From NCBI GenBank assembly GCA_963743405.1, contig CAVUPX010000013.1, positions 287,472 to 351,471 on the forward strand: a stretch of 64,000 bases of DNA, given 5' to 3'. The notes under the pieces were generated by a model, which saw nothing but the letters and a program-made list of their open reading frames with translations, ran no database searches and had not been told where the DNA came from. Source of the stretch: an uncultured Alphaproteobacteria bacterium. GTDB lineage: Bacteria; Pseudomonadota; Alphaproteobacteria; Rhizobiales; Xanthobacteraceae. This document shows, one piece after another, positions 49,370-59,048 of the stretch. A program made the position numbers and the translations under genes. The stretch's first letter is position 1. Each line of letters starts with the position of its first letter.

Positions 49370-50380
49370 TTACGCCGCTCTCGCCACCTGCCGCTCCAGC
49401 GGCATCACCTCGAACGTCCGCAGCGTGCCACGCCGCAGAACATCGATCGCAATCCGTTTGCCGATGCGCTCGCCATTGAGCAGCCGGATCAAATCGTCGA
49501 CGCCGGAGACGGCAACTCCGTCGGCGCGTACGATGGTGTCGAGAGTCATCAGGCCGGCCATCGACGCCGGACCCTGAGGCTCCAAGGCGGTGACTATCGC
49601 GCCCGAACTGTTTTCGATCTCCGCCGCGCGCGCATGGCGGCGCGGCACAGCCGTGGTCTGCGCCGAGACACCGATGTAGGCTCGCCGAACGCGGCCGTGC
49701 TGAATCAATTCGCTCAACACGAACTGTGCGGTATTGCTGGCGACCGCGAAGCAGATTCCCTGCGCACCCATGATGACGGCTGTGTTGATGCCGATCACCT
49801 CGCCGCGCGATGACGCGAGTGGGCCGCCGGAATTTCCGGGATTAAGCGCGGCATCGGTCTGGATCACGTCTTCGATCAGGCGCCCGTTACGCGACCGCAA
49901 CGACCGCCCGAGTGCCGAGATGACGCCGGCGGTCACCGTGGATTCAAAACCGAGCGGATTGCCGATCGCAACCACGAGCTGGCCCCGCTTGAGCGTTTTT
50001 GAATCGCCCAGCGTTGCGCTCGGCAGATCACGTGCCGAACCGGCGCGCAGCAGCGCCAGATCGGTATCGGGGTCTTCGCCCAGGCGCCGAGCATCCATCA
50101 CACGGCCCTCGGCGTCTTGCAGCCGCACCTCCTTGGCGCCTTCGACCACATGGCAATTGGTCAGCACCAGGCCATCCGGCGCGATGACAACGCCGGAGCC
50201 TACGCCGCCAGGGCGGCCACTTTTATTGCGGACCTCAACCCGCACGACTGCGGGGCCGACGGCGTCGGCCACGGAAGTCACTGCGTGAGAGTAAGCGTCC
50301 AGAATTTCGGCGTCGGAAGCGGACGGCGCTGCCGCCGCGCCGAAGTCCTCGACGTCGGACGACGATGCAAAATCAAGCAT
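49370..50380 (-). CDS. S1C (HtrA/DegP-like) trypsin-fold serine protease with a C-terminal PDZ domain and no obvious signal peptide
   Basis: ORF 49370..50470, ATG at 50380. The triad context is TNCHVV, DLALL and GNSGGPL. The PDZ-like C-terminus reads GPASMAGL...DGVAV. Confidence 0.85.
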   Translation of the reverse strand: MLDFASSSDVEDFGAAAAPSASDAEILDAYSHAVTSVADAVGPAVVRVEVRNKSGRPGGVGSGVVIAPDGLVLTNCHVVEGAKEVRLQDAEGRVMDARRLGEDPDTDLALLRAGSARDLPSATLGDSKTLKRGQLVVAIGNPLGFESTVTAGVISALGRSLRSRNGRLIEDVIQTDAALNPGNSGGPLASSRGEVIGINTAVIMGAQGICFAVASNTAQFVLSELIQHGRVRRAYIGVSAQTTAVPRRHARAAEIENSSGAIVTALEPQGPASMAGLMTLDTIVRADGVAVSGVDDLIRLLNGERIGKRIAIDVLRRGTLRTFEVMPLERQVARAA

Positions 50381-50565
50381 GGGGTTTTCGGGGTTTCGTT
50401 TACGGGCATTGATGTAGGGATTGGCGATCGTAAATGGAAGATGCAACGCGCCTTGCTGCGTTTGTCTCAAATTGAACTGATTTCTTCAGACTTCCTCAAA
50501 GGCGACGCGGTAAATTTTCAAATAAATTGAAGGCATTATTTCAATTCCAGGGCCGAGCGAGACTC

Positions 50566-50982
50566 ATGGCCGCCGACACAGAGAAACCCAAGCACCGCCG
50601 CGCCAAAGGCAAGCTGGCTGCGGGCGAAGGCGCCCGCGCCGTCATCGCAACAATCGTGGTGGTATGCGTGTTGCTGACGGGCTTTTTCGTAACGGCGAGT
50701 TCGTATCTTTCGTCTGACCGCTCCGAAAGCCCAAAATCGAAAATCGCGCCGTTGACCGCATCCGCTCAGGGTGAAGCCGCGCATCGTACCGCCTCTATCG
50801 TCATGGAGACTGGCAACAAGGGGCGCTGCGAGGAACGCCAATTCGACAATCGCACCGGCAAAATCGTATCCTCGAATACCGTTGATTGTGATGCACGCCT
50901 CGCGCCCGAACGCGACGCAACCCCTTCGGAAAACCTCTCGGGTGAGCGGATGCGCGCTATCTACGGCGCCTTCAGGAAATAA
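50566..50982 (+). CDS. hypothetical single-pass membrane protein
   Basis: ORF 50527..50982 (TTG), ATG at 50566. It has a basic N-terminus, one TM segment (AVIATIVVVCVLLTGFFVTA) and a Cys-containing C-terminal domain. No family recognised. Confidence 0.5.
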   Translation: MAADTEKPKHRRAKGKLAAGEGARAVIATIVVVCVLLTGFFVTASSYLSSDRSESPKSKIAPLTASAQGEAAHRTASIVMETGNKGRCEERQFDNRTGKIVSSNTVDCDARLAPERDATPSENLSGERMRAIYGAFRK

Positions 50983-50985
50983 CGG

Positions 50986-51004
50986 AACGGCGCTTTTCGC
51001 CGTT
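50986..51004. terminator. hairpin in the 21-nt gap between convergent genes
   Basis: AACGGCG, loop CTTTT, CGCCGTT (perfect 7 bp). There is no long U tract on either side, so the call is weak. Confidence 0.3.
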
Positions 51005-52221
51005 CAATCGCTCTGCAAAATAACGTTCTTCACCATCGGATAGATCTGGTTTTGCCAGGTCTTGCCGGAAAAGACGCCATAATGGCCGACGCCGGCCTGC
51101 ATGTGGTGCCGCTTGCGGTACGGACGCAGTGACGAGCAGAGGTCGTGAGCGGCGAGTGTCTGGCCGACCGCGCAGATATCATCTTTCTCGCCTTCCACAG
51201 TGAACAACGCCGTGCGCCTGATCGCGCTCGGCTCGACCTTGTGGTTCTGATAGGTGAGCGCGCCCAGCGGCAGTGCGTGGTCCTGGAATACCAGCCGCAC
51301 GGTCTCCAGATAGAACTCCGCGGTTAAATCCAGGACCGCAAAGTATTCGTCATAAAACGCCTTTGTCTGCGCGGCTTTGACGTTCTCTCCGTTCGCCAGA
51401 TTTTCGTAAAGCTCACGGTGCGCCTTCAAATGGCGCTCGATGTTCATGCTCATGAAGGCGGCAAGTTGCACGAAACCAGGATAGACGTGCCGGCCGCCGC
51501 CGCCGTAGCGGTACGGCACCCGCGCTATGAGATGTCGCTCGAACCAATCGATGGGTTTGGATTTGGCAAGCTCATTGACCTTGGTTGGGTTGACGCGCGT
51601 GTCGATCGGGCCTGCCATCAATGTCATTGATCGTGGCTGCGCCGGATTGTCGGACTGCGCCATCACACTCGCCGCCACCAGCACAGCAACGCAGGGCTGG
51701 CATACCGCCATAATGTGCGCGCCTGGTCCGATTGCTTCGAGAAAGCGGATCAGGTGGCCGATATAATCGTCAAAGCCGAAGCGACCGTCCTCAAGCGAGA
51801 CGTCGCGTGCGTTGTGCCAGTCAGTGATAAAGACGTCGTGTTCTGGCAGCATGGTGCGAACGGTCGCGCGCAGCAGCGTTGCGAAATGACCAGACAGCGG
51901 CGCGACCAACAGCACGCGCGGCTGCGCCGATACGGTGTCCTTCTTGAAATGCAGGAGCGTGCCGAAAGGTGTTGCGTCCGCAACCTCTTCGGTTACGGCG
52001 ACCTCGCGATTGCCAACCACAACGCTGTTTATGCCGTAAGGCGGGCGAGCGTGGGTGAGACCCGCGCGGGCCATGAGTTCGTAAGCGGCGGTCAGGTTGC
52101 TTAGAACGGTCGGACGTGCGGAGCCGTTAAGCCGCTCCGTCACTGATCTGGCTAACGCGCCAGCAAGTTGGCGCACCGGCACCATAATGTCGGTATGCGC
52201 CTGATAAGCTTGGTAGAGCAT
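51004..52221 (-). CDS. phaZ: intracellular poly(3-hydroxybutyrate) depolymerase
   Basis: 405 aa. MLYQAYQAHTDIMVPVR and the overall sequence match the PhaZ1/TIGR01849-type intracellular PHB depolymerases. Confidence 0.9.
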   Translation of the reverse strand: MLYQAYQAHTDIMVPVRQLAGALARSVTERLNGSARPTVLSNLTAAYELMARAGLTHARPPYGINSVVVGNREVAVTEEVADATPFGTLLHFKKDTVSAQPRVLLVAPLSGHFATLLRATVRTMLPEHDVFITDWHNARDVSLEDGRFGFDDYIGHLIRFLEAIGPGAHIMAVCQPCVAVLVAASVMAQSDNPAQPRSMTLMAGPIDTRVNPTKVNELAKSKPIDWFERHLIARVPYRYGGGGRHVYPGFVQLAAFMSMNIERHLKAHRELYENLANGENVKAAQTKAFYDEYFAVLDLTAEFYLETVRLVFQDHALPLGALTYQNHKVEPSAIRRTALFTVEGEKDDICAVGQTLAAHDLCSSLRPYRKRHHMQAGVGHYGVFSGKTWQNQIYPMVKNVILQSD

Positions 52222-52438
52222 CCAATTCCTGACGGCCCCGGGCGAACCGCATGCAAAGGCTAGAGCATTTTATGTTGCACTGCGAGATAAAACTTATTGT
52301 AGCCCGCTGATCGCCTGTAAATTGGGGACAATCTTACTGCCTGATAATTTTGCAGCACGGGAAGGTATTGAAAGAGCGACACTTTCGTCTAAGCTGCCAA
52401 ATGCCGGGTCATGATTGAACAAGGGACGTTTGCGCCCC

Positions 52439-53095
52439 ATGGCCAAGGCTACCCTCACTATTGCCAGCAAAAACTACGGCTCGTGGTCGCTGCGCGGCTG
52501 GTTGCTATGCAAACTGGCCGGGCTCGAATTCGATGAGCAGATCGTCGCCAGTGATGATCCCTCAACTCGCGCCGAACTGCTGCTGCTTTCGCCCTCGTTC
52601 CTGGTGCCTTGCCTCACGCACAATGAAATCAAGGTCTGGGACACGCTGGCGATCGGTGAGTACCTGAACGAAATCCTGCCGAAAGCCGGGCTGTTGCCGA
52701 AGACCCTGGCCGCCCGCGCACGCTGCCGTTCGATCTCTGGTGAAATGCACTCTGGCTTTTCCAATTTACGCTCCGCGCTGCCGATGAACCTGAAGGCACA
52801 CCACCCTGGCTTTAAAGTCTGGGCTGGTGCGCACGCCGACATAGAACGAATCGTCAGCATCTGGCGCGAGTGCCTCGCCGCTGAAAAAGGGCCTTACCTT
52901 TTTGGCGCATCTCCCTGCATGGCCGATGCAATGTTCGCGCCGGTCGTCACCCGATTTCTGAGTTACGACGTAAAACTCGATAGCGATTGTGCCGCCTATT
53001 GCGCGACGATCATGGCCATGCCGCCGATGCAAGAATGGCTGGATGCTGCGAAAGCCGAGCCGGATGAGGTCGTCGAGCTGGACGTGGAATTTTAA
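52439..53095 (+). CDS. glutathione S-transferase family protein
   Basis: ORF 52415..53095 (TTG), ATG at 52439. SKNYGSWSLRGWLL... is typical of the YfcF-like/GST-N3 group. Confidence 0.8.
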   Translation: MAKATLTIASKNYGSWSLRGWLLCKLAGLEFDEQIVASDDPSTRAELLLLSPSFLVPCLTHNEIKVWDTLAIGEYLNEILPKAGLLPKTLAARARCRSISGEMHSGFSNLRSALPMNLKAHHPGFKVWAGAHADIERIVSIWRECLAAEKGPYLFGASPCMADAMFAPVVTRFLSYDVKLDSDCAAYCATIMAMPPMQEWLDAAKAEPDEVVELDVEF

Positions 53096-53107
53096 CGCAT
53101 CTTCAAA

Positions 53108-53200
53108 CCGCTCGTCTCCGCGGAAGCGGGGACCCGGAGCAACAAACTCCGCCGCAGGGTCGTCTCGCCCTGGATTCCCGCTTACGCGGGAATGAGCGGA
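53108..53200. repeat. REP-like palindromic intergenic repeat cluster (modules X, Y, Z)
   Basis: X is CCGCTCGTCTCCGCGGAAGCGGGGACCCGGA (53108-53138). Y is ACAAACTCCG (53142-53151). Z is ATTCCCGC-TTAC-GCGGGAATGAGCGGA (53174-53200). All three recur at 62692-62820. Confidence 0.75.
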
Positions 53201-53207
53201 CGATGGT

Positions 53208-54431
53208 TCACTTCCTCAACCAATTCTCGATCCGTTCCACAGCCTCGCGCATCTCGCCGGCGGACCCCGCATAGCAAAATCGTAGAAAGTGCCGGCCATC
53301 GACCGGATCGAAATCGATTCCCGGCGTCGCCGCTACGTCCGCTTCGTTCAACATACGCTTCGCAAAATCGAGGCTGTCGTCGGAGAAACGCGAAATGTTG
53401 GCGTACAGATAAAAAGCGCCATCCACCGGCAAAAATTTGTCGAGCCCCGCTTTTGGAAGTCCTTCGGTGAGGATCCGGCGGTTCTCTTCGTAGCCATGTT
53501 TGACCGCTTCCATCTCCTCCCGCCCGTCGAATGCGGCCTCCGCGGCAACTTGCGCCAACGTAGGCACCGAAATCGCGAGATTACCTTGCAACCGCTCGAT
53601 CGGGCGCACGAAGGTGTCCGGCACCACCATCCAGCCAATCCGCCAGCCCGTCATGCAGAAATATTTCGAGAATGAATTGATCACCACGGCGCGGTCCGAT
53701 GCATTGGCGGCTGTCTCGGCGGCGAAGGCATAGTCGAGGCCGTGATAGATTTCGTCGGAGATCACGCGGATGCCTTCCGCTTCCGCAACCGCTATCAACC
53801 GCGAGAGCGTATCTGCGTCCATCATTGTACCGGTCGGATTTGCGGGACTAGCGATCACCACGCCCTTAAGTGGCGTCCGCTGGTGAGCGGCGATCAGCGC
53901 CTTGGCCGATAGTGCCCAACGCGTCTCGGCAGAAGTCTCGATCAGCACCGGCTCGCATCCGAGTGCCGAGAGGATGTGCCGATACGGGGGATAGCCTGGA
54001 TTGGCCAAAGCCACCCGGTCGCCGGGCTCAAACAGCGATAGAAACGCCAGAATGAATCCGCCTGACGACCCGGTCGTCACAATGATGCGTGCTGGATCGA
54101 GAACGAGATCGTAAGTGTCTGCATAGTGGCGCGCGATACGCGCACGCAGCGATGGTATGCCCAGGGTCTCGGTATAGCCGATACGCCCCTGCACGAGTGC
54201 AGCTTGCGCGGCCTTGATTGCGGTCGCCGGCGCCCTCGCCGCCGGTTGACCTACCTCCATATGAATGATTTTGGCACCTTGGGCCTCGCGCTGCGCCGCC
54301 GCCGCCATCACATCCATAACGATAAACGGCGGCACATCGCTGCGTTTGGATGGCTTCAAAAGCTGTTTTGCTGCCTCAAGCATCGTTTTTAGGCCCGTGG
54401 GGCTTCGATATCCGCCCCGCTGTTGCCGCAT
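53208..54431 (-). CDS. class I/II PLP-dependent aminotransferase (aspartate/aromatic-type)
   Basis: 407-aa ORF with PLP-Lys in SFSKYFCMTGWRIGW. An alternative start at 54383 (MLEAAKQLL...) would give 391 aa. Confidence 0.85.
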   Translation of the reverse strand: MRQQRGGYRSPTGLKTMLEAAKQLLKPSKRSDVPPFIVMDVMAAAAQREAQGAKIIHMEVGQPAARAPATAIKAAQAALVQGRIGYTETLGIPSLRARIARHYADTYDLVLDPARIIVTTGSSGGFILAFLSLFEPGDRVALANPGYPPYRHILSALGCEPVLIETSAETRWALSAKALIAAHQRTPLKGVVIASPANPTGTMMDADTLSRLIAVAEAEGIRVISDEIYHGLDYAFAAETAANASDRAVVINSFSKYFCMTGWRIGWMVVPDTFVRPIERLQGNLAISVPTLAQVAAEAAFDGREEMEAVKHGYEENRRILTEGLPKAGLDKFLPVDGAFYLYANISRFSDDSLDFAKRMLNEADVAATPGIDFDPVDGRHFLRFCYAGSAGEMREAVERIENWLRK

Positions 54432-54527
54432 TCGGCGTCGATCTCATGACCCAGCCGTGATCGCAAGTCGCGTTGACCACCACCAGGCGCGACACTAGTT
54501 TCACGCAAATTCGGTAGCAAAACCGGC

Positions 54528-55961
54528 ATGTCCTTGGACGGCACACCTATCAGGACGCGGCACAGGGCGCCAGCAGCCCGGGCGATCGCGGTCCTTACTG
54601 CGATTGCGCTCTGCGCCTCCGGTGGTGGCCCAGCGGTCGCACCTGCGCGCGCGCAAGAAGCGGCGCTGCGTGGCCTGCCGGTCGTCCGCGATGCCGAAAT
54701 TGAACAGCTTCTTCGCGACTACGCGCAGCCGATTCTACAAGCCGCCGGACTTGCCAAACAAAATGTACGGGTTGTCGTGCTGGGTGATCGCTCGTTCAAT
54801 GCTTTCGTGATGGATGGGCGCCACATCTTCGTCAACGCCGGCGCGCTGTTCGACGCAAAAACTCCCAACGAAATCATCGGCGTCTTCGCGCACGAAACCG
54901 GGCATCTCGCCGGTGGCCATCTCCAGCGATTGCGCGAGCAGCTCGCGTCTGCGCAAACCGCGTCGATCATTGCTTTGCTTGCGGGCATCGGCGCGGCAGT
55001 CGCCGGTGCAAAGAGCGGCGCGGGTGGCGATGTCGGTACCGCCGCAATTTTGGCACCGCAGGCTGCGATCATGCGTACAGTGCTCGCCTATGTCCGCACT
55101 CAGGAAGACCAGGCCGATCACGCCGGCGTGAAATTCCTCAATGCCACCGGCCAGTCCCCGCGCGGCATGGTCGAATTGTTCAAGCGCTTAAGCAACGAAG
55201 TGTTGTTTAACTCGCGCTACATTGACCCCTACATGCAAACCCATCCCATGCCAGCCGATCGTGTGGCTACTCTCGAAACAATCGCCAGGGCGAGTCCCTA
55301 TTGGGACCGCAAAGATTCGCCAGAGCTGCAACTGCGCCACGATCTGATGCGCGCAAAACTGGCGGGCTTCCTCGAGCGTGCGGACACGGTTGCCCGCCGC
55401 TATCCGCTCGGTGACCACAGCCTGCCGGCCCGTTACGCGCGCGCCATATCAACCTATCGTCACGGTGACTTGCGCCAAGCTCTTGTCCAAATCGACGACT
55501 TGATTCAGGCGCAGCCGAACAATCCGTATTTCTATGAGCTCAAAGGCCAGGCGCTGGTCGAAGGCGGGCACCCGGCGGAAGCCGTCGCTCCGTTGCGCCA
55601 GGCCGCGCAGCTTTCGCACAATACGCCGTTGATTGAAATTCTGCTTGCGCAGGCGCTCAACGCCACTAACAATCCGAAGTTCGCTGAGGAAGCGGTTGGC
55701 TTGCTGCGCACGGCGATCTCCCGCGAACCGGAGTCTCCAGATGCTTACAGCCAGCTTGCGATGGCCTACGGTCGCAAAGGCGATCTGGCCAATGCCGACC
55801 TCGCTTCGGCGCAAGCCGCCTTTACGCGCGGCGATGTCAAGACCGCGCGGCAACTTGCGTCACGGGCCAAGACCCGTCTGCCTATCGGTTCCCCCGCATG
55901 GGTCAGGGCCGACGATATCGTCAACGTCAAACCGCCGAGTTCAAACGCCGGCATCCATTAG
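54528..55961 (+). CDS. M48-family zinc metalloprotease with C-terminal TPR-like repeats (BepA/YfgC-like)
   Basis: 477 aa with a signal/TM segment, the HExxH motif in FAHETGHLAGGH, and a TPR-like C-terminal half. Confidence 0.85.
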   Translation: MSLDGTPIRTRHRAPAARAIAVLTAIALCASGGGPAVAPARAQEAALRGLPVVRDAEIEQLLRDYAQPILQAAGLAKQNVRVVVLGDRSFNAFVMDGRHIFVNAGALFDAKTPNEIIGVFAHETGHLAGGHLQRLREQLASAQTASIIALLAGIGAAVAGAKSGAGGDVGTAAILAPQAAIMRTVLAYVRTQEDQADHAGVKFLNATGQSPRGMVELFKRLSNEVLFNSRYIDPYMQTHPMPADRVATLETIARASPYWDRKDSPELQLRHDLMRAKLAGFLERADTVARRYPLGDHSLPARYARAISTYRHGDLRQALVQIDDLIQAQPNNPYFYELKGQALVEGGHPAEAVAPLRQAAQLSHNTPLIEILLAQALNATNNPKFAEEAVGLLRTAISREPESPDAYSQLAMAYGRKGDLANADLASAQAAFTRGDVKTARQLASRAKTRLPIGSPAWVRADDIVNVKPPSSNAGIH

Positions 55962-55979
55962 TCACAAGGACCTAAGCCA

Positions 55980-56750
55980 ATGACATTAATTTCGCGCTCT
56001 CTCGCTGTCGCCTTCATGGCGATGCTGGCCGTCGCCACATCGTCCGCCTCGCGCGCCGACGATTTTTCCGCAAGCCAGCGCGGCGAGGTCGAGCGCATCG
56101 TGCGCGAATATCTCGTCGCTCACCCTGAAGTCATTCAGGATGCGATGACCGAACTTGAAAAGCGGCAGAGTGCGGCCGAGTCCGAGAAGCACAAAGCTGC
56201 GGTCAAGCAATATTCCCAGGCGCTGTTCGCCTCGCCGCGTCAGGTCGTACTCGGCAACCCGGATGGCAATGTCACATTCGTCGAGTTCTTCGACTACAAT
56301 TGCGGGTACTGCAAGCGGGCCATGGATGACATGCTCACGCTGCTCAAGGATGACCCCAAGCTAAAAGTTGTCTTGAAGGAATTCCCGGTGTTGGGGCCTG
56401 GCTCGGTCGAGGCCGCGCAGGTCGCGGTTGCCGTGCGCATGCAAGACAAGACCGGCAAGAAATATCTTGAATTCCATCAAAAGCTGCTCGGCGCCCGCGG
56501 CCAGGCCGACAAGGCGCGCGCCCTCGCCGTTGCCAAGGACATCGGCCTCGACATGGGCCGCCTGGACAAGGATCTGGCGAGCGCTGAGGTAAAGGCCACC
56601 TTGCAGGAAAGCTTCAAGCTCGCCGAGGCGCTCGGGCTCAATGGTACGCCAAGCTACGTCATCGGCGATGACGTCGTGGTCGGTGCAGTCGGCCTCGACG
56701 CGCTTAAAGAGAAGGTCAACACGTCGCGTTGCGGCAAGCCGACCTGCTAA
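55980..56750 (+). CDS. DsbA-family periplasmic thiol:disulfide oxidoreductase
   Basis: 256 aa with a signal peptide and the CxxC active site in FFDYNCGYCKR. Confidence 0.85.
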   Translation: MTLISRSLAVAFMAMLAVATSSASRADDFSASQRGEVERIVREYLVAHPEVIQDAMTELEKRQSAAESEKHKAAVKQYSQALFASPRQVVLGNPDGNVTFVEFFDYNCGYCKRAMDDMLTLLKDDPKLKVVLKEFPVLGPGSVEAAQVAVAVRMQDKTGKKYLEFHQKLLGARGQADKARALAVAKDIGLDMGRLDKDLASAEVKATLQESFKLAEALGLNGTPSYVIGDDVVVGAVGLDALKEKVNTSRCGKPTC

Positions 56751-56806
56751 CGGGCGTCACGGGTCGTCTATAATCTTTCGGGACGTTATCGGCCGCCGCG
56801 GCACCT

Positions 56807-58006
56807 ATGTCCGGCGGCCGGTTTGCAACACAATCGATTACGGAACAAAGTTCCGCCGGGGCGGTTGTTGCGCGCATGTATACGCTCGGCATGGAAGAGG
56901 AATATTTCCTGTTCGACGCAAAGACGCGCCATGCGGTGCGTCGCGCGAACAAGAAATTCCTTTCGCACGCGCAAAAGAAGCTCGGCAAACACGTTATGAC
57001 CGAGATGCTGCAGTCGCAGCTCGAGGTCGCTACTCCGCCCTGCACCAACATGGGCGAAGCGCGCGGGCATCTATCACATTACCGTCGCACGCTAGGGCAG
57101 CTGGCCGGCGAACATAAGCTCGGCCTTGCCGCTATGGGCACTTTCCCACTTGCCTTCTGGCCGGAACAGATGGTGACGCGAAAGGCGCGGTACGGCCCGA
57201 TCATGGATGACCTTCAGATGATCGGCTACCGCAACATGCTTTGCGGGATGCATGTTCACGTCGCGGTGCCGGACGTCGACACGCGCATCAATTTGGTGAT
57301 GCGCTTGACGCCTTACCTGCCGCTCATGCTCGCGCTCTCGACATCGTCACCATTCTGGCAGGGCCACGCCACCGGCCTCGCCGGCTATCGGTTGGCCGCA
57401 TATGACGAGCTGCCACGCACGGGATTGCCCGAGCTGTTTCGCACCAATGAAGACTATCGCGAATTCATCGCCGCACTGACCTGGGCAAAAATCATTCCCG
57501 ACGCGAGCTATATCTGGTGGGCGGTGCGTCCATCGCTCAACAATCCGACCATCGAATTGCGCGTCGCCGACAGCTGCACACGGCTGGACGATTCGATCGC
57601 CGTGGCTGCGCTGTTCCGCTGCCTTGTGCGTGCACTCGACCGGGATCGTGCGCTCAATGCCGGCTTTGACCGCGTCGGCCGCGCCATCACACAGGAAAAC
57701 AAATGGCACGCCCAGCGCTATGGCATAGGCGCGACCTTTGTCGAACCGTTTTCCCGTTCCCCACTCACGCTGCGAGAATGGCTCGATCAAGTGATCGATT
57801 TCATCGACGCTGATGCCGTCGCGCTCGGCTGCACGGCGGAGATCAAGCACCTCCTTGCCATCGTGGCCCACGGCACTAGCGCCGACCGCCAGATTGAGAT
57901 CTTCGGTAAGGCCAAGGCCGCCGGCCGCAGAAGGTTAACGGCGCTCAAGGAGGTGATTGATTGGGCAGCGGCCGAAACCCAGGCACACTGCACCACGAAA
58001 ACCTGA
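56807..58006 (+). CDS. ybdK: carboxylate-amine ligase, YbdK/GCS2 family
   Basis: 399-aa ORF. YTLGMEEEYFLFD and GMHVHV are GCS2 signatures. An alternative start lies at 56876 (MYTLGMEEE). Confidence 0.8.
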   Translation: MSGGRFATQSITEQSSAGAVVARMYTLGMEEEYFLFDAKTRHAVRRANKKFLSHAQKKLGKHVMTEMLQSQLEVATPPCTNMGEARGHLSHYRRTLGQLAGEHKLGLAAMGTFPLAFWPEQMVTRKARYGPIMDDLQMIGYRNMLCGMHVHVAVPDVDTRINLVMRLTPYLPLMLALSTSSPFWQGHATGLAGYRLAAYDELPRTGLPELFRTNEDYREFIAALTWAKIIPDASYIWWAVRPSLNNPTIELRVADSCTRLDDSIAVAALFRCLVRALDRDRALNAGFDRVGRAITQENKWHAQRYGIGATFVEPFSRSPLTLREWLDQVIDFIDADAVALGCTAEIKHLLAIVAHGTSADRQIEIFGKAKAAGRRRLTALKEVIDWAAAETQAHCTTKT

Positions 58007-58105
58007 ATCCGAGCACGCTTCCGGGCTTCCCCTTAGCGCCGCAGCCACCTATAAAGCGCCACAGTTTCACGCGCACCAACCCAAGCGCGAGCCGGGCGGG
58101 GACCC

Positions 58106-58561
58106 ATGGCGAAGACCATCTACATTCTCAACGGACCGAATATGAACCTGCTCGGAACACGCGAGCCCGAGAAATACGGGCGCGCAACTCTCGGCGACGT
58201 CGAAAAACTTTGCCGGGCGACCGCAAAGCAGTTCGGCTTCGACATCGTCTTCCGGCAATCAAATCGCGAAGGTGAATTGGTCGATTGGATTCAGGAGGCC
58301 TTCGCCAAGAAGGCCTCGGGCATCCTTATTAATGGCGCCGGCTACACGACAACGTCGATCGCCATTATGGATGCACTTCTTGCCGTGAAATTGCCGGTAA
58401 TCGAGGTGCACGTCACCAATATACACGCGCGCGAGAGCTTCCGGCAGAATTCATATATATCGAAGGCGGCCAAGGCGGTGATCGCCGGCTTCGGTATCGA
58501 GGGCTATGCGTTGGCGATCACCGGCCTCGCCGGATTGCTCGGCGCCAAGCAAAAAGGTTGA
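58106..58561 (+). CDS. aroQ: type II 3-dehydroquinate dehydratase
   Basis: 151 aa with [19 protein letters not shown] and [12 protein letters not shown]. Confidence 0.95.
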   Translation: MAKTIYILNGPNMNLLGTREPEKYGRATLGDVEKLCRATAKQFGFDIVFRQSNREGELVDWIQEAFAKKASGILINGAGYTTTSIAIMDALLAVKLPVIEVHVTNIHARESFRQNSYISKAAKAVIAGFGIEGYALAITGLAGLLGAKQKG

Positions 58562-58571
58562 GCGCGGCGCA

Positions 58572-59024
58572 ATGACAAAATCGCCAAAGACAATTGTCGA
58601 TCGCGAATTAATCCACGAGCTCACCAAGCTGCTGGATGAGACCGGCTTGACCGAGATTGAAATCGAACAAGAGGGCAAGCGCGTGCGCGTTGCTCGCGGC
58701 GCGGCGGCATCGGCCGCCCCCGCTGCACTGCGTGTCGAAGTGGCGCCGCAGGCAGAAGCCATAGTCACGCCGCTCGATCCATCGAAGCACCCCGGCGTGG
58801 TGATCTCGCCTATGGTCGGCACTGCTTATGCCTCATCCGAGCCCGGCGCAAAGCCGTTCATCGATATCGGAAGCAAAGTTAAGGTCGGCGATACGTTGCT
58901 GATCGTCGAAGCAATGAAGACCATGAATCAAATTCCGGCCTCACGCGCCGGCACCGTTGTGCAAATTCTGTTTGAAGACGGCCAGCCGGTCGAGTTCGGC
59001 GAGCCATTGGTGATCATCGAATGA
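58572..59024 (+). CDS. accB: acetyl-CoA carboxylase biotin carboxyl carrier protein
   Basis: ORF 58506..59024, ATG at 58572. The biotinyl-Lys motif is [11 protein letters not shown]. Confidence 0.9.
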   Translation: MTKSPKTIVDRELIHELTKLLDETGLTEIEIEQEGKRVRVARGAAASAAPAALRVEVAPQAEAIVTPLDPSKHPGVVISPMVGTAYASSEPGAKPFIDIGSKVKVGDTLLIVEAMKTMNQIPASRAGTVVQILFEDGQPVEFGEPLVIIE

Positions 59025-59048
59025 CGGCTGATCAGCCGGACCGACGCG

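Noticed and set aside
52222-52438. TGC/GCA-rich motifs (CTGC...GCAG) upstream of phaZ as possible PhaR operators
   Set aside because: The only CTGC/GCAG pair has an 11-nt spacer rather than the reported CTGC-N3-GCAG. The match is too weak to claim.
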